In this document: piece after piece, positions 57,015 through 64,000 of the stretch
How positions within the stretch are numbered: position 1 is the first letter of the stretch
Layout of the letters: each line of letters begins with the position of its first letter
DNA from: Eledone cirrhosa
Lineage: Eukaryota
DNA: 64,000 bases
Assembly: GCA_964016885.1 (NCBI GenBank)
Contig: OZ024758.1
Location: forward strand, 16,368,001-16,432,000
Reading direction: 5' to 3'
Translations under genes and position numbers: made by a program
Notes under the pieces: model-generated
Databases searched by the model: none
Told to the model about the DNA's origin: nothing
What the model saw: the letters and a program-made list of their open reading frames with translations, nothing else

Positions 57015-57021
<7 letters not shown>

Positions 57022-60000
57022 GATCGAGTATCGAAAAATCGGCGCACGAGTTCACGATAAACGAGATTCGACATGAGCGGCAGAGGGCTCAATAATTCAG
57101 ATGAATCAGAGCTATAACTATCGTTAAAATACCGTCACATATAGAACAAGTCTACAATCAACCATACGATTTAAAATCGATAAAGGAAGATTCGGGACAA
57201 ACAGATAAAAAATATCAATAAAACAATACGTCAATAATTTAAATGAATGTAAAATCATACCCGGACCCACTAGACAGGTGTTAAATCTAGCTTCATGGGT
57301 TTCTGTAAATCCTTAGACTGTACTCTATCAGCTCACATATAAATATAAAAGCCTACTAGAGCAAGCGGAACGGAGTTTTACTTTCTCAACGAGTTTTTTC
57401 CTGGCGGTAGAGGAGCCAACTACCAGTGAAAAACGCACATGGCATTAGACAAGGGAGATAACCCCTATATCCGCGAAAACAATTCGAGTGAATGTGGAAA
57501 TACACATATCGAATTAGAGTGCTCAATAGACAAGTTAAAATAAAACAAAAGCTATTCATCACTCAATAGAATCGACAAAAAATGAGCAATAAAATAAACT
57601 GGTGGATAGCTAAGTCCAGAGCTAAATATATTAGAAAGATCGAGTATCGAAAAATCGGCGCACGAGTTCACGATAAACGAGATTCGACATGAGCGGCAGA
57701 GGGCTCAATAATTCAGATGAATCAGAGCTATAACTATCGTTAAAATACCGGCACATATAGAACAAGTCTACAATCAACCATACGATTTAAAATCGATAAA
57801 GGAAGATTCGGGACAAACAGATAAAAAATATCAATAAAACAATACGTCAATAATTTAAATGAATGTAAAATCATACCCGGACCCACTAGACAGGTGTTAA
57901 ATCTAGCTTCATGGGTTTCTGTAAATCCTTAGACTGTACTCTATCAGCTCACATATAAATATAAAAGCCTACTAGAGCAAGCGGAACGGAGTTTTACTTT
58001 CTCAACGAGTTTTTTCCTGGCGGTAGAGGAGCCAATCTAAGGATTTACAGTCTAAGGATTTACAGAAACCCATGAAGAAACCCATGAAGCTAGATTTAAC
58101 ACCTGTCTAGTGGGTCCGGGTATGATTTTACATTCATTTAAATTATTGACGTATTGTTTTATTGATATTTTTTATCTGTTTGTCCCGAATCTTCCTTTAT
58201 CGATTTTAAATCGTATGGTTGATTGTAGACTTGTTCTATATGTGACGGTATTTTAACGATAGTTATAGCTCTGATTCATCTGAATTATTGAGCCCTCTGC
58301 CGCTCATGTCGAATCTCGTTTATCGTGAACTCGTGCGCCGATTTTTCGATACTCGATCTTTCTAATATATTTAGCTCTGGACTTAGCTATCCACCAGTTA
58401 ATTTTATTGCTCATTTTTTGTCGATTCTATTGAGTGATGAATAGCTTTTGTTTTATTTTAACTTGTCTATTGAGCACTCTAATTCGATATGTGTATTTCC
58501 ACATTCACTCGAATTGTTTTCGCGGATATAGGGGTTATCTCCCTTGTCTAATGCCATGTGCGTTTTTCACTGGTAGTTGGCTCCTCTACCGCCAGGAAAA
58601 AACTCGTTGAGAAAGTAAAACTCCGTTCCGCTTGCTCTAGTAGGCTTTTATATTTATATGTGAGCTGATAGAGTACAGTCTAAGGATTTACAGAAACCCA
58701 TGAAGCTAGATTTAACACCTGTCTAGTGGGTCCGGGTATGATTTTACATTCATTTAAATTATTGACGTATTGTTTTATTGATATTTTTTATCTGTTTGTC
58801 CCGAATCTTCCTTTATCGATTTTAAATCGTATGGTTGATTGTAGACTTGTTCTATATGTGACGGTATTTTAACGATAGTTATAGCTCTGATTCATCTGAA
58901 TTATTGAGCCCTCTGCCGCTCATGTCGAATCTCGTTTATCGTGAACTCGTGCGCCGATTTTTCGATACTCGATCTTTCTAATATATTTAGCTCTGGACTT
59001 AGCTATCCACCAGTTAATTTTATTGCTCATTTTTTGTCGATTCTATTGAGTGATGAATAGCTTTTGTTTTATTTTAACTTGTCTATTGAGCACTCTAATT
59101 CGATATGTGTATTTCCACATTCACTCGAATTGTTTTCGCGGATATAGGGGTTATCTCCCTTGTCTAATGCCATGTGCGTTTTTCACTGGTAGTTGGCTCC
59201 TCTACCGCCAGGAAAAAACTCGTTGAGAAAGTAAAACTCCGTTCCGCTTGCTCTAGTAGGCTTTTATATTTATATGTGAGCTGATAGAGTACAGTCTAAG
59301 GATTTACAGAAACCCATGAAGCTAGATTTAACACCTGTCTAGTGGGTCCGGGTATGATTTTACATTCATTTAAATTATTGACGTATTGTTTTATTGATAT
59401 TTTTTATCTGTTTGTCCCGAATCTTCCTTTATCGATTTTAAATCGTATGGTTGATTGTAGACTTGTTCTATATGTGACGGTATTTTAACGATAGTTATAG
59501 CTCTGATTCATCTGAATTATTGAGCCCTCTGTCGCTCATGTCGAATCTCGTTTATCGTGAACTCGTGCGCCGATTTTTCGATACTCGATCTTTCTAATAT
59601 ATTCAGCTCTGGACTTAGCTATCCACCAGTTAATTTTATTGCTCATTTTTTGTCGATTCTATTGAGTGATGAATAGCTTTTGTTTTATTTTAACTTGTCT
59701 ATTGAGCACTCTAATTCGATATGTGTATTTCCACATTCACTCGAATTGTTTTCGCGGATATAGGGGTTATCTCCCTTGTCTAATGCCATGTGCGTTTTTC
59801 ACTGGTAGTTGGCTCCTCTACCGCCAGGAAAAAACTCGTTGAGAAAGTAAAACTCCGTTCCGCTTGCTCTAGTAGGCTTTTATATTTATATGTGAGCTGA
59901 TAGAGTACAGTCTAAGGATTTACAGAAACCCATGAAGCTAGATTTAACACCTGTCTAGTGGGTCCGGGTATGATTTTACATTCATTTAAATTATTGACGT

Positions 60001-60104
60001 ATTGTTTTATTGATATTTTTTATCTGTTTGTCCCGAATCTTCCTTTATCGATTTTAAATCGTATGGTTGATTGTAGACTTGTTCTATATGTGACGGTATT
60101 TTAA

Positions 60105-60108
<4 letters not shown>
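57015..60108. mobile_element. 616-bp-unit multimer with internal inversion (~1.65 plus ~3.35 units) in (AT)n
   Basis: ttagaaagatc at 57015 and 57631; cccatgaagc at 58081, 58697, 59313 and 59929; inversion at ~58036. Confidence 0.9.
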
Positions 60109-60149
<41 letters not shown>

Positions 60150-60303
60150 ATATATAAATATATATGTGTATATATATATAAATATATATATGAAATATAT
60201 ATATAAATATATATATGTATATATATATAAATATATATATGTATATATATATAAATATATATATGTATATATATATATATATAAATATATATATGTATAT
60301 ATA

Positions 60304-60765
60304 CAATATTAAATAAATGGAAACTATATTTATAAAACCATATTTATTTCATTATATATATTTCAGGGATATCATATTAACAATATGCTATGCCTTCCTC
60401 AGACAAAATACAATATAAACAGTTTTATGGATAAATAGATTTGACATACGCTAACAACATCGACTTGTATTTGAAAAGTTGAATTGACTGCCAATTCAAC
60501 TTTTCAAATACAAGTCGATGTTGTTACGGTATGTCAAATCTATTTATCTATAAAACTGTTTATATTGTATTTTGTCTGAGGAAGGCATAGCATATTGTTA
60601 ATATGATATCCCTGAAATATATATAATGAAATAAATATGGTTTTATAAATATAGTTTCCATTTATTTAATATTGTAAATATACTCCAAATACTTGTCGAG
60701 TGCTTTTATATCAGTTATAAATATTTACTAGTTGTAACCCAACAATTTAAATATAACTTTCCATA
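60304..60765. mobile_element. Fold-back family D element with two divergent HHRs (60346-60409 minus; 60569-60632 plus)
   Basis: ~185-bp near-perfect arms; ATTTTGT CTGAGGA AGG...CCT GAAATATATATA ATGAAAT. Confidence 0.85.
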
Positions 60766-61217
60766 TATGTATATATATAAATATATAAATATATATATAT
60801 ATAAATATATATATGTATATATATATATATATAAATATATATATATATAAATATATATATGTATATATATATATATATATATAAATATATATATGTATAT
60901 ATATATAAATATATATATGTATATATATATATATATATATAAATATATATATGTATATATATATAAATATATATATGTATATATATATATATATAAATAT
61001 ATATATGTATATATATATATATATATAAATATATATATGTATATATATATAAATATATATATGTATATATATATATATATATATAAATATATATATGTAA
61101 ATATATATATGTATATATATATATATATATAAATATATATATGTATATATATATAAATATAAATATATATATGTATATATATATATACATATATATATGT
61201 ATATATATATAAATATA

Positions 61218-61267
<50 letters not shown>

Positions 61268-61634
61268 TATATATGTATATATATATAAATATATATATGT
61301 ATATATAAATATATATATGTATATATATATAAATATATATATGTATATATATATATATATATAAATATATATATGAAATATATATATATATAAATATATA
61401 TATGAAATATATATATATATAAATATATATATGAAATATATATATATATAAATATATATATGTATATATATATATATATAAATATATATATGTATATATA
61501 TATATATGTGAAATATATATATATGTATATATATATATATATGAAATATATATATGTATATATATATATGAAATATATATTTATATAAATATATATATGA
61601 AATATATATATATATATAAATATATATGAAATAT

Positions 61635-61667
<33 letters not shown>

Positions 61668-61749
61668 AATATATATATATATATGTGAAATATATATATA
61701 TATATATGAAATATATATATATATAAATATATATATATACATGAAATAT

Positions 61750-61780
<31 letters not shown>

Positions 61781-61833
61781 AATATATATATATATGTGAA
61801 ATATATATATATATAAATATATATATATACATG

Positions 61834-61888
<55 letters not shown>

Positions 61889-61903
61889 ATAGATATATGA
61901 AAC

Positions 61904-61934
<31 letters not shown>

Positions 61935-61978
61935 AATATATATATATATAAATATATTTATATAAATAGATATATATA
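60765..61978. repeat. Long degenerate (AT)n tract
   Basis: Direct reading. Confidence 0.95.
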
Positions 61979-62516
61979 GGAAAATGTTTAACCTCTACGG
62001 CTATTTCCGTCGAAACGGCTTGAGCTCTGCCGTCGGTGTTAAACATTTTCCTATTGCCCACTCTACTACCTTAAGTATTGAGTACTCTTGTGCGTTATGG
62101 TCCATCTGGTTCCTTACCAGACCTCATTCGTTATATATAATATATATATAAAAATATATTTATATATAATTAAGCAGGAACAAAATCTAAACGTTGTATC
62201 ATAAATATGTCTACTATATTCACAGAAGACAATTACTTCGACATCGATTAGCTCAGTGTGAGATATTGATGAGCGTGGCTCGACCTTGTATCGACAATAT
62301 ACCAGAGATGTAGGTTTATATGTACAGAACATATGACGCACTTTGGGACTGCATTGCGTGCTTATCGATTTATATAATATATATATATATATACATCTGA
62401 AGAAGAAGTGTCGATTAGAGTCGAGATCCGATCGCATGATCAAACCCGAGCTGATCGATATAGAAGAAATTGCAAGATGAAATAAAGTTACATAAACCTG
62501 AAATTCTTATTGTCAC

Positions 62517-62587
<71 letters not shown>

Positions 62588-62648
62588 ATATATATAATTG
62601 GAGGCTTAGTAAAATCGAATCTTTGGCGGTGTGCAAGCAAATTCGACC

Positions 62649-62703
<55 letters not shown>

Positions 62704-62852
62704 ATTTGCACGTAATCATACATCATAGATGCTCGCTTGTACGTGATAATTATCATTTTTATGTCCAAGGAATAGATATACAAGCTATGCCATAATATTA
62801 CCTCAAGATACACGAACGGGAAAGATAAAAATATATGTATGAATCTCTCCCG

Positions 62853-62887
<35 letters not shown>

Positions 62888-63751
62888 CAAATATATATAT
62901 TTATGTATGTGTATATGAAGGGGTAGTGGTGTGCTTGCGCGTGTATACAGTTTATTTTAATAACGTGTAGCATAATTTCCTTGAGGAAATTCACATCATA
63001 TATTTGTCGCTTTCGGAAATATTTTTGATACGTATTCCTAAAACATTTCAAATAAGTTTACATTGGAAAAAAAAAAAGAAAGATAGATCATAAATATAAA
63101 ACAAAACAAATAACTGAACAAACAATGGAATAAATAAACAAATCTAAGTTTAAACGTTAGATATAAAATGATAGGCAATAACTCCATAAATAACAGTATG
63201 AAAACAATAATATAAACAGACGCAAAACCTCTAAATATAAATAGAATCTAAAAAACAAAATGTCCGCTCCTCGCCACCTCAACGTTATTGCGAGAGAAAA
63301 TAAAACGAATTTCAATAAGCTATTATTTATTAGCAAATCTTCACGAAACGTGGTTAATTATTTGTTTATATATGCTTTGTAGGTAGTTGTATAGAGCAAA
63401 GAAAACAATGAATTCCAGCAACAATATGAAACAGAAGACAGAAGAAGAACCAACATAGCTATATATTTTATTGATCCTAAACAAGTAACACGTGTATGTG
63501 TATGTATATATATATATGTGTGTGTGTAGATATATATGTATATATATGCGTGTGTGTGTGTGGATATATATGTACATATATATATATATATACATATATA
63601 CATATATATATATACATATATATACATATAAATATATACATATATATATATAATATATACATATATATATACATATATATACATATAAATATATAAATAC
63701 ACATATATATATACATAATATATACATATATATATATATATTTATTATTAC

Positions 63752-63782
<31 letters not shown>

Positions 63783-64000
63783 TTATAAATATATATGTAT
63801 GTGTATATATATATATATGTATTTATGAATATATATGTATGTATATATATATACATATATATATGTGTGTGTGTGCTGTATATGTGTGTGTGTGTGTATA
63901 TATGTATGTATGTTTGTATATATATATATGTGTGTGTGTGTGTATATATATATGTTTGTATGTATGTATATATATATCATAAAACAGAAAGAAAATGACA

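Noticed and set aside
58600-58750. Hairpin or twister ribozyme in the 616-bp unit
   Set aside because: AGAAAC and GUC are present, but the loop B partner and helices do not form, and no twister pseudoknots were found by eye.
60715-62061. 448-aa and other YI/CV/MYVC-rich ORFs across the window
   Set aside because: Microsatellite translations.
62393-62479. CTGAAGA...GAAATTGCAAGATG hammerhead
   Set aside because: No UH triplet or proper stem I; at best a decayed relic.

Overview
AT-rich, repeat-saturated eukaryotic DNA, most likely intronic or intergenic cephalopod (Octopus-like) sequence, inferred from the SINE families and (AT)n/(TACA)n density. I find no intact host gene, and nearly all long ORFs in the track are microsatellite or minisatellite artefacts. 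Real coding relics are a Naiad-type Penelope-like element (PLE; RT plus GIY-YIG, 20828-21923 minus, with an in-frame TGA), a second GIY-YIG C-terminus (8073-8285), an R4/Dong-type restriction-like endonuclease (13091-13417), RTE LINE fragments and a Tc1/mariner fragment. The main structure not shown by the ORF track is a dense set of type I hammerhead ribozyme (HHR) motifs: about 20 complete, degenerate or partial copies from about 10 unrelated sequence families, mostly sitting in (AT)n tracts and often as divergent fold-back pairs. These include a 531-bp tandem retrozyme-like element with a complete HHR (22341-23073) and a young 616-bp multimer with an internal inversion and an atypical HHR-like core (57015-60108). 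Inversion and truncation points repeatedly fall in HHR stem II. All folds were made by eye and are untested.
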